A stretch of DNA of 64,000 nt, taken from Polyangiales bacterium. GTDB taxonomy: Bacteria > Myxococcota_A > Polyangia > Polyangiales > Polyangiaceae. Positions 1-10,770 of this stretch are shown piece by piece (position 1 is the first letter of the stretch; each line of letters begins with the position of its first letter). The position numbers and the translations under genes are program-made. The notes under the pieces were generated by a model that saw only the letters and a list, made by a program, of their open reading frames with translations, did not search any database and was not told the DNA's origin. The stretch spans positions 53,681 through 117,680 of the forward strand of contig JBBQWQ010000021.1 in the NCBI GenBank assembly GCA_038210445.1, in the 5' to 3' direction.

Positions 1-57
1 GCATAATACACGCATATCGCACAGGGGCCGTGCGTCGGTCGTGGTAAGAGCGAACCC

Positions 58-756
58 ATGAAGTCGCATCGCGAAGGACATCGGGGCAGTCGCGGCGGGT
101 GGTTGAGAGCCGCAGTGCTGGGCGCCGACGACGGCGTGGTCTCCACCGCGAGCCTGATGATCGGCGTGGCCGCCACCTCGGCCTCGAAGTCGGCAGTGCT
201 GGTAGCGGGCCTTGCCGGCCTGGTGGCGGGTGCCCTCTCGATGGCCGCCGGCGAATACGTTTCGGTGAGCTCGCAGCGCGACGCCGAGGAGGCCGACATC
301 GCCAAGGAGAAGGAAGAGCTGGATGCCGACCCGGCGGGCGAGCTGGAGGAGCTCGCCGCCATCTACCGCAGTCGAGGTCTCGACGCGGAGCTCGCGCAGA
401 AGGTGGCCGAGCAGCTGAGCGCCGCCGACAACCGTCTGGCCGTGCACATGCGCGACGAGCTGGGCGTCGAAGAGGCCACCCTGGCGCGCCCGCTTCAGGC
501 GGCGGTCGTGTCTGCCGCGAGCTTCGCCGGCCTTGCGGGGCTCCCCATCCTGGCGCTGCTGCTGGCGCCGGCTGCGGCGAGGGTGGCGGCGGTGGCGGGC
601 GTGAGCCTCTTGAGCCTGGCTGTCCTCGGTGCGCTGGGCGGCCATTTGGGCGGCGCGTCGAAGGCAAAGGCGGCGATGCGCGTGGTGCTCGGCGGCGGAG
701 CCGCGATGCTGGCTACCGCGCTCATCGGGCGGCTCATGGGTGTTGCGGGTCTGTAG
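58..756 (+). CDS. VIT1/CCC1 family (DUF125) Fe/Mn transporter-like membrane protein
   Basis: 232 aa starting at ATG 58. The N-terminal motif GADDGVVSTASLMIGVA and the hydrophobic C-terminal half are typical of the VIT family. Confidence 0.75.
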   Translation: MKSHREGHRGSRGGWLRAAVLGADDGVVSTASLMIGVAATSASKSAVLVAGLAGLVAGALSMAAGEYVSVSSQRDAEEADIAKEKEELDADPAGELEELAAIYRSRGLDAELAQKVAEQLSAADNRLAVHMRDELGVEEATLARPLQAAVVSAASFAGLAGLPILALLLAPAAARVAAVAGVSLLSLAVLGALGGHLGGASKAKAAMRVVLGGGAAMLATALIGRLMGVAGL

Positions 757-800
757 CGGTTCCCGGTTTCGAGCGCGCCGCAGAGTGGTAGAACCACCGC

Positions 801-1361
801 ATGAGCAAAGATATCTCCGTCGCCGTCATCGTGGGCAGCCTGCGCAAGGATTCCTTCAGCCGCAAGGTCGCCACCGCGCTCGCCACCCTCGCGCCCAAGA
901 ACCTGCACTTGGAGATCGTCGAGCTCGGCGAGCTCGCCATGTACAACCAAGACCTCGACGGCGCGCCGCCGGCCGCCTGGACGGCCTTCCGCGACAAGGT
1001 CCGCGCCGCAGGCGCCGTGCTCTTCGTCACGCCGGAGTACAACCGCTCGGTGCCCGCGGTGCTCAAGAACGCCATCGACATCGGCTCGCGGCCCTACGGC
1101 CAGAGCGCCTGGGACGGCAAGCCCGGCGCGGTCATCAGCGTCACGCCCGGAAACCTCGGCGGCTTCGGCGCCAACCACCACCTGCGGCAGTCGCTCATGT
1201 TCTTGAACGTTGCCACCATGCAGCAGCCAGAGGCCTACCTGAGCGGCGCCGGCACGCTCTTCGACGAGAACGGCGCGCTCACCAGCGATGCGACGCGCAC
1301 CTTCCTGGAGAAGTTCGCGGCCGCCTTCGCGGTGTGGGCGGAGACGCACCAGAAGGCCTGA
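801..1361 (+). CDS. NAD(P)H-dependent FMN reductase (flavodoxin-like fold, ChrR/YieF-like)
   Basis: 186 aa with the motifs VIVGSLRKDSFSRK and LFVTPEYNRSVPAVLKNAID, characteristic of the NADPH-dependent FMN reductase family. ATG at 801. Confidence 0.75.
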   Translation: MSKDISVAVIVGSLRKDSFSRKVATALATLAPKNLHLEIVELGELAMYNQDLDGAPPAAWTAFRDKVRAAGAVLFVTPEYNRSVPAVLKNAIDIGSRPYGQSAWDGKPGAVISVTPGNLGGFGANHHLRQSLMFLNVATMQQPEAYLSGAGTLFDENGALTSDATRTFLEKFAAAFAVWAETHQKA

Positions 1362-1382
1362 GGCGCCGCCGCTGGCCCGCGA

Positions 1383-3173
<1,791 letters not shown>

Positions 3174-3917
3174 CGTCCATCGTCACCGGCGTGCCGTCGG
3201 CCGAAACCAGCCGAATCGGCAGCGCCACCACTTCGCCGACCACCACCAGGCCTGGCAAATCGCGGCGGTCGAGCGGGAGCTCCACCCCCGGCAAGTCGCC
3301 CAACGTTCCCCTCCAGGCCCAGGCCCGCGCGGTGTGCGCGCCCAGCACAATCGCCGCTGGCAGTGTTGCAGAGAACCCGTGAGCCAAGGCGGTTCGCGTG
3401 ATCTCGACGCGCCGTCCGAGCGCCATCATGAACACGTAGGTGAGCGCGGCATGCGGTCCCGCTTCGAGCACCGAGACGTAGCTCTGGGCGGGCTCGGCCG
3501 ACAGCACCACGAAGCCGGAGGCCACCCCTCGGTGCGACACCGGGATGCCGAAGGCGCCGGGGCCGGCGATGGCGCTGCTGATGCCAGGAACGATGTCGAC
3601 TTCCAGCCCGGCCGCCGCCAGGGCCAGGGCCTCTTCGCCGCCGCGCCCGAACACGAAAGGGTCACCACACTTGAGGCGCACCACCCGGCGACCGGCGCGC
3701 GCCGCGCGCACCATGAGCGCCGAGATCTCCTCTTGGGTGATGGAAGGCCGCCCGGCGCGCTTGCCCACGTAGAACCGCGAAGCGGTCCCCGCTAGCTCCA
3801 GCACCCGCGGGTCCACCAGGGCGTCGTACAAGACGAGATCGCACGAGCCGAGAGCCCGCGCAGCGCGAACCGTGAGCAGATCAGGATCGCCCGGACCCGC
3901 TCCCACCAGCGTGACTT

Positions 3918-4508
3918 TCATGGGACCTCCCAAACGCGTTCTTCGCGTGCACCATACACTTTTTCCAGCGCCCGAAACAGCAGGTGGCGACGTTCACCGA
4001 AGGGCACCTGCGCCTCCTTCCACCGCGCGCGCTCGAGCCTCGCGAGGTCGAGCCAGCCGCCCAGCTCCTGGGGCAGCACGCTCTCGAGCGCCTCACGCAG
4101 CAGGCGCACCAACGCCGGCGCGTGCCCACCGGTGGAGATAGCGAAGGTGACGCCGCCGCGCTCCACCCGCGCTGCGCCGAACGCGGTGGCCGACGCCAGA
4201 TCGTCCACCGCCACCACGAAGCGGGCCTCGGCATCGCAGGCCTGCCGCACCGCCCGGTTCACCTCGGGCGTGGCCGCCGCCACCACGAACCAAGCGCCGT
4301 GCACGTCGGCGGGAACGAAGGCGCGCTCCGCCAGCGATACGCCGAGCTGGCGAAAGGCAGGCAGGCTCTCCGGCGCCACCACGTCCACCCGAGCGCCCGC
4401 CCGGAGCAGGAGCTCGGCCTTCTCCAGCGCCACCGGGCCGCCGCCCACCAAGAGAATGCGGCGTCCCGAGAGCTTGAGAAAGAGGGGCATGAGCTGGGGC
4501 TCGTTCAT
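3918..4508 (-). CDS. precorrin-2 dehydrogenase / sirohydrochlorin ferrochelatase (CysG N-terminal/SirC/Met8-like)
   Basis: The real start is ATG 4508 (MNEPQLMPLFLKLSGRRILLVGGGPVALEKA), a Rossmann GxGxxA motif typical of siroheme synthase N-domains. The 128 codons upstream in the listed ORF are Arg-rich frame artefact. The stop overlaps the cobA start (ATGA), and the start overlaps the cysH stop (ATGA). Confidence 0.7.
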   Translation of the reverse strand: MNEPQLMPLFLKLSGRRILLVGGGPVALEKAELLLRAGARVDVVAPESLPAFRQLGVSLAERAFVPADVHGAWFVVAAATPEVNRAVRQACDAEARFVVAVDDLASATAFGAARVERGGVTFAISTGGHAPALVRLLREALESVLPQELGGWLDLARLERARWKEAQVPFGERRHLLFRALEKVYGAREERVWEVP

Positions 4509-5236
4509 GGGGCTCCTGTGGCCTGGCGCGCGGGGTGAGAAGGGTGCAGTCCACACTCTTTTTGATCGGGGCTTTCCCAGTAAAAACGGCCCGCGCGCAC
4601 GTCGTCGTCGGGGCCAATGGCGCGGGTGCACGGGGCGCAGCCGATGGATCGAAAGCCCTGGCCGTGGAGCGGATTGAGCGGCACATCGTGTGCGCGCGCG
4701 TAGTCGAAGACATCGGCCTCCGACCAGGCGGCGAGGGGCGCGACCTTCACGATGTCGCCATGGGCTGCGTCGACCTCGAAGGTGGCCAGGCCGCCTCGGG
4801 TCACTGCCTGGTCGCGCCGGAGCCCGGTGATCCACGCGCCGCGGCCAGCGAGCGCGCGGCCCAGCTGCTGCACCTTGCGCACGTCGCAGCACGCCTTCCG
4901 TGCCTCGACCGATCCGCGAAAGCCCAGGACACCCTGCGTACGCACCAGGCGCTCGACCAGGGGCGCCGAAGGGAAATAGACCGCAATCGGCACGGCATAG
5001 CGCGCCTGCGCCTCGGCCAACAGGGCGTAGGTCTCCTCGTGCAGGCGTCCGGTATCGAGGAAGAAGACGTGCGGCAGGGCGAGACCATGCTCCCGGTGGA
5101 GATGCGCGACCTCGCGCAGGAGCACCATGTCCTCGGCGCCCAGGCTGGTGGCCACGGCGAGCGTGCCCCCGAAAGACTCCATGGCCCAGCGAATGACCTC
5201 GCGCGCGGCGGCGCCTTCGGGCGGACGCGGGCTCAC
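4505..5236 (-). CDS. cysH: adenylylsulfate (APS)/PAPS reductase, thioredoxin-dependent, Fe-S type
   Basis: PAPS_reduct-family core (EVIRWAMESFGGTLAVATSLGAEDMVLL) plus the C-terminal motifs KACCDVRKV and IGCAPCTRA. GTG 5236 gives 243 aa, matching the length of characterised CysH proteins. It overlaps the upstream PQ-loop ORF stop as GTGA. Confidence 0.8.
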   Translation of the reverse strand: MSPRPPEGAAAREVIRWAMESFGGTLAVATSLGAEDMVLLREVAHLHREHGLALPHVFFLDTGRLHEETYALLAEAQARYAVPIAVYFPSAPLVERLVRTQGVLGFRGSVEARKACCDVRKVQQLGRALAGRGAWITGLRRDQAVTRGGLATFEVDAAHGDIVKVAPLAAWSEADVFDYARAHDVPLNPLHGQGFRSIGCAPCTRAIGPDDDVRAGRFYWESPDQKECGLHPSHPARQATGAP

Positions 5237-5574
5237 GACGAGGCTCCGGAGAGCGGGGTCATCGCCGGCACCCGGGGCGCAGACACCTCGAGCTCGCGGT
5301 ATACGCGGCGAGCGCGGTGACGGTACCAGAGCACCTGGGTGAGCAGCACCGCGCGCAGGGCGATGCCGAGCACCAGCCCAGCGACGAACATGTGCTCGTT
5401 CTTCGAGGCGGAATACACCAGCGCGCAAACGCGCCCCAGAAGGTTGAGGCCGGGGAAGAACAGGCTCACATCCTCCGATCGCTTCAGCCGATAGAGGCGC
5501 GCGATCTGCGGAAGGTAGGAGCCTTCGATGGCCAGGAGACCGATGCTGCCGAAGAGCCAGTTGATATCCGTCAT
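5233..5574 (-). CDS. small 3-TM PQ-loop (SemiSWEET/MtN3-like or LAB_N-like) membrane protein
   Basis: 113 aa with three hydrophobic segments and a PQ motif after TM1 (GSYLPQIARLYRLKRS). ATG 5574 has a purine-rich GAGAAGAAG upstream. The stop overlaps the GTG start of cysH. Confidence 0.55.
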   Translation of the reverse strand: MTDINWLFGSIGLLAIEGSYLPQIARLYRLKRSEDVSLFFPGLNLLGRVCALVYSASKNEHMFVAGLVLGIALRAVLLTQVLWYRHRARRVYRELEVSAPRVPAMTPLSGASS

Positions 5575-5626
5575 AACGACTTCTTCTCAGATAGCAGACG
5601 AGTTTCCGTTATGCTAGATATTCGGA

Positions 5627-6544
5627 GTGACCCGATCATCGCCTTCTTCGCCCACCCATCTTCGTGCCCTCGAGGACGAAGCCATCTTCGTATTCCGCGA
5701 GATCTGCGCCGAGCGCGAGCGCCCGGCCCTTCTGTTCTCCGCCGGGAAGGACTCGCTGGTGCTGCTGCGACTGGCGGAGAAAGCGTTCCGTCCGGCGCGC
5801 TTCCCCTTCCCGCTCCTGCACGTAGACACCGGTCACAACTTTCCCGAAGCCATCGCGTTTCGCGATCGCAGGGTAGCCGAGCTGGGAGAGCGCCTGATCG
5901 TCGCGTCGGTAGAAACGTCCATCGCCCAGGGCCGGGTGACCGAAGAGACCGGACCGCGCGCGTCGCGCAATCGCCTGCAGACGGTGACGTTGCTCGACGC
6001 CATCGCCGAGCATGGCATCGACGCAGCGTTCGGCGGCGCCCGACGCGACGAAGAACGCGCCCGGGCCAAGGAGCGGGTCATCAGCTTTCGCGACGAGGCC
6101 GGCCAGTGGGACCCCAAGAACCAGCGGCCCGAGCTGTGGGACCTGTACAACACCGACGTTCGGCGCGGTGAGCACCTGCGGGCCTTCCCCCTCTCCAACT
6201 GGACCGAGCTCGATGTGTGGGAGTACATCCGGCACGAACAGCTGGAAGTGCCCTCCATCTACTTTGCCCACCAGCGCGAGGTGTTCTCGCGCGACGGCAT
6301 GCTGTACGCCACCTCGGCATTCGTCACCCGCTCGGCGCGTGAGGTGCCGTTCCGCGAGACCGTGCGCTTCCGCACCGTGGGCGATATGAGCTGCACCGGC
6401 GCCGTACGCAGCACCGCGCGAACGCTCGACGCCATCATCGACGAAGTGGTCTCCGCCACCGTCACCGAGCGCGGCGCCACCCGGGCCGACGACAAGTTCA
6501 CCGAGGCTTCGATGGAAGACCGCAAACGCGAGGGATACTTCTGA
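5627..6544 (+). CDS. cysD: sulfate adenylyltransferase subunit 2
   Basis: 305 aa. THLRALEDEAIFVFREI aligns with the CysD N-terminus, and the PAPS_reduct-like core is present (LLFSAGKDSLVLL). Confidence 0.9.
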   Translation: MTRSSPSSPTHLRALEDEAIFVFREICAERERPALLFSAGKDSLVLLRLAEKAFRPARFPFPLLHVDTGHNFPEAIAFRDRRVAELGERLIVASVETSIAQGRVTEETGPRASRNRLQTVTLLDAIAEHGIDAAFGGARRDEERARAKERVISFRDEAGQWDPKNQRPELWDLYNTDVRRGEHLRAFPLSNWTELDVWEYIRHEQLEVPSIYFAHQREVFSRDGMLYATSAFVTRSAREVPFRETVRFRTVGDMSCTGAVRSTARTLDAIIDEVVSATVTERGATRADDKFTEASMEDRKREGYF

Positions 6545-7791
6545 TGACCACGTTGCTACGAGTGTGCACCGCAGGAAGCGTCGACGACGGCAAGAGCACG
6601 CTCATCGGTCGACTTTTGTTCGACGCCAAAGCGCTCATGAGCGACCAGCTCACCCAGGTGGAGGAAGCGAGCCGGCGCCGGGGGTTTGCCCGAACCGAGC
6701 TGGCGCTGGTGACCGACGGCCTGCGCGCCGAGCGCGAGCAAGGCATCACCATCGACGTGGCCTGGCGCTACTTCTCGGTGCCCGGGCGCCGCTTCATTCT
6801 GGCCGACACACCAGGACACGTGCAATACACACGCAATATGGTCACCGGCGCTTCTACCGCAGAGGCGGCGCTGTTGCTGGTCGACGCCCGGCAGGGGCTC
6901 ACCGAGCAGTCGCGAAGGCACCTGTACCTCACCACGTTGCTGGGGGTTCGGCACCTGGTGGTGGCCATCAACAAGATGGACCAGGTGGCGTTCTCGTTCG
7001 AGCGCTTCGCGGAGATTCGCGACATCATCGACGCCTACCTGCGCGACCATACGCGCGGCGCCGCCAGCGTGGTGTACGTGCCGGTGTCGGCGCTGCACGG
7101 CGACAATGTGGTTACCCGCTCCGGCCGCACGGCCTACTACCAGGGGCCCACCCTGCTCGAGCACCTCACCCTGCTCGACACCGTGCGCGACGAGGCCCAC
7201 GCGCCGTTTCGCCTCCCGGTGCAGTGGATCGTGCGGCCGCAAACCGACGCCCACCACGACTACCGCGGCATCGCCGGGCGCATCGCCGCCGGTACGGTGC
7301 GGGTGGGCGACGCCATCACGGTGCACCCTTCGGGAAAGACCAGCACCGTGCGCGCGCTCGAGACCAGCGGCGGCCCGGTAGAGGAAGCCCGCCGCGGCGC
7401 CTCGGTGACGGTGCACCTGGAGCACGACGTCGACGTGAGCCGCGGAGACGTGCTCGCGGCAGCGGCCACGCCGCCGCGCATCGGCCAGGATCTGGTGGCC
7501 GACCTGGCGTGGTTTTCGCCAAGGCCGGCGGAAGCGGGCAAGCGGTACCTGCTCAAGCACACCACGCGAACCACCAAGGCCACGCTCGCGTCGGTGGAGC
7601 ACGTCATCGACGTCGCCTCCGGCGCGGCGCTCGCGAAGCGCGACGTGGAGGAGAACGACATCGCGCGCGTGGCCTTCAAGACCGCGGCGCCCCTGGTGTG
7701 GGAGCCCTACGAGACCGACCGCATTCTGGGCAGCGCCCTGTTGGTCGACGAGACGACCCACGAAACCCTGGGCGGGCTGATGCTGCGCTGA
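6544..7791 (+). CDS. cysN: sulfate adenylyltransferase subunit 1 (GTPase), not fused to APS kinase
   Basis: GTPase motifs GSVDDGKST, DTPGH and NKMD. 415 aa with no CysC domain. Its start overlaps the cysD stop (TGATG). Confidence 0.9.
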   Translation: MTTLLRVCTAGSVDDGKSTLIGRLLFDAKALMSDQLTQVEEASRRRGFARTELALVTDGLRAEREQGITIDVAWRYFSVPGRRFILADTPGHVQYTRNMVTGASTAEAALLLVDARQGLTEQSRRHLYLTTLLGVRHLVVAINKMDQVAFSFERFAEIRDIIDAYLRDHTRGAASVVYVPVSALHGDNVVTRSGRTAYYQGPTLLEHLTLLDTVRDEAHAPFRLPVQWIVRPQTDAHHDYRGIAGRIAAGTVRVGDAITVHPSGKTSTVRALETSGGPVEEARRGASVTVHLEHDVDVSRGDVLAAAATPPRIGQDLVADLAWFSPRPAEAGKRYLLKHTTRTTKATLASVEHVIDVASGAALAKRDVEENDIARVAFKTAAPLVWEPYETDRILGSALLVDETTHETLGGLMLR

Positions 7792-7822
7792 ATAGGGAGC
7801 GCGAGGCCACCGTCCAAGGCCC

Positions 7823-9094
7823 ATGACTTTTCTTCCTTCGTCGGTCGCTCGAAACACGGCAATTTGCGGCCTCATCGCTGCGTCGCTGGGCTGCGGCGCG
7901 GGTACCGTGGAGCACGGCGCGGTCGATCTCGCCATGACCAGCGCGTACCGACCGACCCGCGGGCATGGGCATGGGCAGGGGCTCGGGAGCGAGAGCGCGC
8001 TGGCGGTCGGGGAGGCTGCCCCCCGCTATCACCTTCTGGGCGGCGATCTGCACTGCCACGTACTGCCGCCCGACGACGCCACCCACGTGTCGCGCTCGCT
8101 CCACGACACGGTGGCGTTGGCCAAGCGCGAGGGGCTCGACTTCGTGGTCCTCACGCCCCACGTTGCGGCGCGCTTCCAAGAAGACGAGGACGCCCGCCGC
8201 GAGGTGGTGCGCGAACAGCGAGCCCTCAAGGACGCCATCAGCGGCGAGTCCCTGGGCGGCCTCATGGTGGTTCCCGGCTTCGAGTACACCGACCACGAGC
8301 TGGGGCATGCGGGCGTAGCCTTCGCCGATCTGGAGCGGGTTCTGGAGAGTGTTTCCGTGCAAGATGCACGAAAGAGCCCAGGGCTATTTTTCGAGCGCTG
8401 GGTCGAGAAGGGCGGCCTCCTGGTGGTGAACCATCCGCTGGTCACCGCCCTCCCCTCCGGGCCCTCCATCGCCCGCGCCGACCTCTCCTGGCGCCCGCTC
8501 ACCGCCCCGGGTCCGGGGTCGGGCGGGCTCCGCGGCGACATCGACGCCATCGATCGCCTGGCGAGTGGCTTCGAGGTGTACAACCTCACCGCCACCCACC
8601 TTCGCGACCGGTACCTGCAGGGCGACACCGACAAGACGCTGCTCGCCACCCTGCTCCGCCTCGACCAGGAGATTCCCCTCCGCAATCGCCGCATGACCCC
8701 CATCGGCGGCACCGACAGCCATAGCTACCACCTACGGCCCACCACCTACGTGCTGGCCGAGACGCGCAGCATCGAGGGCGTGCGTGCCGCGGTAGCGGCA
8801 GGCCGGACCTGTGTGCGCGCACCGGAAGCGTGCTCGCTCGAAGCCCGGGTGCCGGACCAAAGATTCGCCGGCTGGTCGCCGCTGGGCGCCAACCTGATCA
8901 CCGCCGGCGAGGTCGAGCTGCGAGCCACCGGCGACGACATCGAGCTCTACCGCGACGGCGCGGTGGTGGCGACGCCGGCCTCCGGCGCCACGGTGCGGGT
9001 GCCGGTACCTGCTGGCAAGTGCTCGGTGCTGCGGGCGCGGGTGGGCAGGGGATTTTCCGCCCCCATCTACGCCAACTGCGACATTCGCACCTGA
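7823..9094 (+). CDS. secreted/lipoprotein PHP-domain metal-dependent phosphoesterase
   Basis: Signal peptide with a lipobox (AASLGCGAG). PHP motifs LLGGDLHCHVLPPDD and IGGTDSHSY. Confidence 0.65.
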   Translation: MTFLPSSVARNTAICGLIAASLGCGAGTVEHGAVDLAMTSAYRPTRGHGHGQGLGSESALAVGEAAPRYHLLGGDLHCHVLPPDDATHVSRSLHDTVALAKREGLDFVVLTPHVAARFQEDEDARREVVREQRALKDAISGESLGGLMVVPGFEYTDHELGHAGVAFADLERVLESVSVQDARKSPGLFFERWVEKGGLLVVNHPLVTALPSGPSIARADLSWRPLTAPGPGSGGLRGDIDAIDRLASGFEVYNLTATHLRDRYLQGDTDKTLLATLLRLDQEIPLRNRRMTPIGGTDSHSYHLRPTTYVLAETRSIEGVRAAVAAGRTCVRAPEACSLEARVPDQRFAGWSPLGANLITAGEVELRATGDDIELYRDGAVVATPASGATVRVPVPAGKCSVLRARVGRGFSAPIYANCDIRT

Positions 9095-9099
9095 GCGGT

Positions 9100-9993
9100 T
9101 CAGCGCGCGGCGCGCAGCATGGGCACGAAAGCCTTCACGAAGGCCTCGTCGCTGCTCGGCTGCTGCCCGGTGACAAGCTCGCGATCAACCACCACGTGGC
9201 TCGCCCACATGGGTGCAGTATCCACGTTTCCCCCGGCAGCGCGTAGCGCGTCGTCGGGGTAGAAGCGCACCTTGCCTCCCAAGAAGGCCTGACTGCCGCC
9301 CTCTTCCACCGTCTGCTCCTCGGCTGCGCTGAACACCGTCATGCGGTACCCAGCGTACGGCCAGCCGCGCCGTAGCTCGGCAGTGCGCGCCTCGTCGTGA
9401 GCCGCGAGGGCGGCGGCCAGCTCCTTGGGCTGGGCGGTGGCAGCGAGCAACGCGAGTGGCCCGTGACAAAGGAGACCGGTGGGCCGCTGGTGATCGTGAA
9501 ACCAGCGCAGCGTCTTTCCCACCACCGCGTCGCTCGCCAGATCACCCATGGGCGCGTGCCCACCGGGAACGAACACGCCGCGGTAGCGGTCGAGGCCGGC
9601 CGCGACCACATCCCCCAGGCGGCGTGGATGCAAGAGCTCGGGCAGGCTGGCTTGCAGCGTCTTCATGCGCTGATGGAGCGCGCGATCGCCATGAAAGTAC
9701 GCAACGTCGTCGGAGTGCACGTCCATCACCGACGGCGTTCCTTCGGGGTTCGCGAAAACCAGGCGAACCCCCGCTTCTTGCATAGCGGCGACCGGCACCA
9801 TGAGCTCATTGAGAAAGTAGCCGGTCGCGAGCGTCTTGCCGCCTTGCAGGTCGATGGCGTTGCGGCTCGAGAGGATGACCAGCACCGTCGGCGCGTCGGT
9901 TTCGGCCTTCACTGCGGCTGCCGACGGGGCCGCAGACCCGGTCTGGGTGCCGGCATTGCACGCCAGGAGCACAACCAGTGCCAGGGCTTTCAC
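9100..9993 (-). CDS. DJ-1/PfpI (class I glutamine amidotransferase-like) family lipoprotein
   Basis: Only the C-terminal 297 codons of the 982-aa listed ORF look real. GTG 9993 is preceded by GAGGTG. Lipoprotein signal VKALALVVLLACNAG. DJ-1-type motif LLCHGPLALL. Confidence 0.65.
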   Translation of the reverse strand: MKALALVVLLACNAGTQTGSAAPSAAAVKAETDAPTVLVILSSRNAIDLQGGKTLATGYFLNELMVPVAAMQEAGVRLVFANPEGTPSVMDVHSDDVAYFHGDRALHQRMKTLQASLPELLHPRRLGDVVAAGLDRYRGVFVPGGHAPMGDLASDAVVGKTLRWFHDHQRPTGLLCHGPLALLAATAQPKELAAALAAHDEARTAELRRGWPYAGYRMTVFSAAEEQTVEEGGSQAFLGGKVRFYPDDALRAAGGNVDTAPMWASHVVVDRELVTGQQPSSDEAFVKAFVPMLRAAR

Positions 9994-10682
9994 GGGCGCA
10001 CCTCGGCCGAGCCTTTCAGGAGCTTCACCACGGCTTCGCCCACCGCCGGCGCCGAGGCCGGGTTCTGGCCGGTCACCAGCCGCTCCGAGACCACCACCTG
10101 ACTCTGCCAGTTGGGCGCCGGACGATGCGTGGCGCCGCGCTCCGTGAGACGGTCGGCCAGCAGGAAGGGCACCACCTCGGCCAGCCCCGCCGCGCGCTCT
10201 TCCTCGTTGGTGAACGCCGCTACCTCCTTGCCCGCCACCAGGTACGCGCCCGAGCGCAGGCGAACGTTCACCAGGGCGGCCGGCCCGTGGCACACCGCGG
10301 CGACGACGCCGCCCTGTTCGTAGATGCGCGCCGCCACGCCGGCCAGCGTGGCCTCGTCGGGAAAGTCCCACATGGTGCCGTGACCACCCGCGTAGAAGAT
10401 GGCGGCGTAGCGCGCCGGATCGACGTCGCGGGGAGCGGCGCTGGCGTGGATGCGCGCCAAGGTGGCGGCGTCGTCGAGCAGGCGCGCGTTCACCAGATCC
10501 TTGCGATCCACGCCGTCGAGCGGCACCTCGCCGCCGCGCACCGAGACGAAGTCGACGTCGAAGCCAGCATCGGTAAAGGCGGCCCAGGGGTGGGCTATCT
10601 CGGCCAGGTAGGCGCCGGTGGCCTTGCCGGTGCTGCCGAGCGTCGCGTGGCTGGTGAGGGCGATGAGAATGCGGTGTTTCAT
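9990..10682 (-). CDS. DJ-1/PfpI family protein (Hsp31-like glyoxalase/deglycase class), cytoplasmic
   Basis: 230 aa with the motifs AVCHGPAAL and IFYAGGHG. AAGGAG lies 7 nt upstream of ATG 10682. The stop overlaps the GTG start of the downstream DJ-1 paralog (GTGA). Confidence 0.7.
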   Translation of the reverse strand: MKHRILIALTSHATLGSTGKATGAYLAEIAHPWAAFTDAGFDVDFVSVRGGEVPLDGVDRKDLVNARLLDDAATLARIHASAAPRDVDPARYAAIFYAGGHGTMWDFPDEATLAGVAARIYEQGGVVAAVCHGPAALVNVRLRSGAYLVAGKEVAAFTNEEERAAGLAEVVPFLLADRLTERGATHRPAPNWQSQVVVSERLVTGQNPASAPAVGEAVVKLLKGSAEVRP

Positions 10683-10698
10683 GGGATGCTCCTTCTTT

Positions 10699-10713
10699 CC
10701 GAGGGCGTCTCGG
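10699..10713. promoter_or_regulatory. palindrome CCGAG-N5-CTCGG in LysR/DJ-1 divergent intergenic region
   Basis: A perfect 5+5 dyad 17-31 nt upstream of the DJ-1 start codon and about 60 nt upstream of the LysR start. LysR proteins bind dyads in divergent promoters of this kind. Confidence 0.3.
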
Positions 10714-10770
10714 TGAAGGCAATGTGCGCAGCGCCGCGCCCCACCGGTAGCCCATCAGGTGACGTAACAG

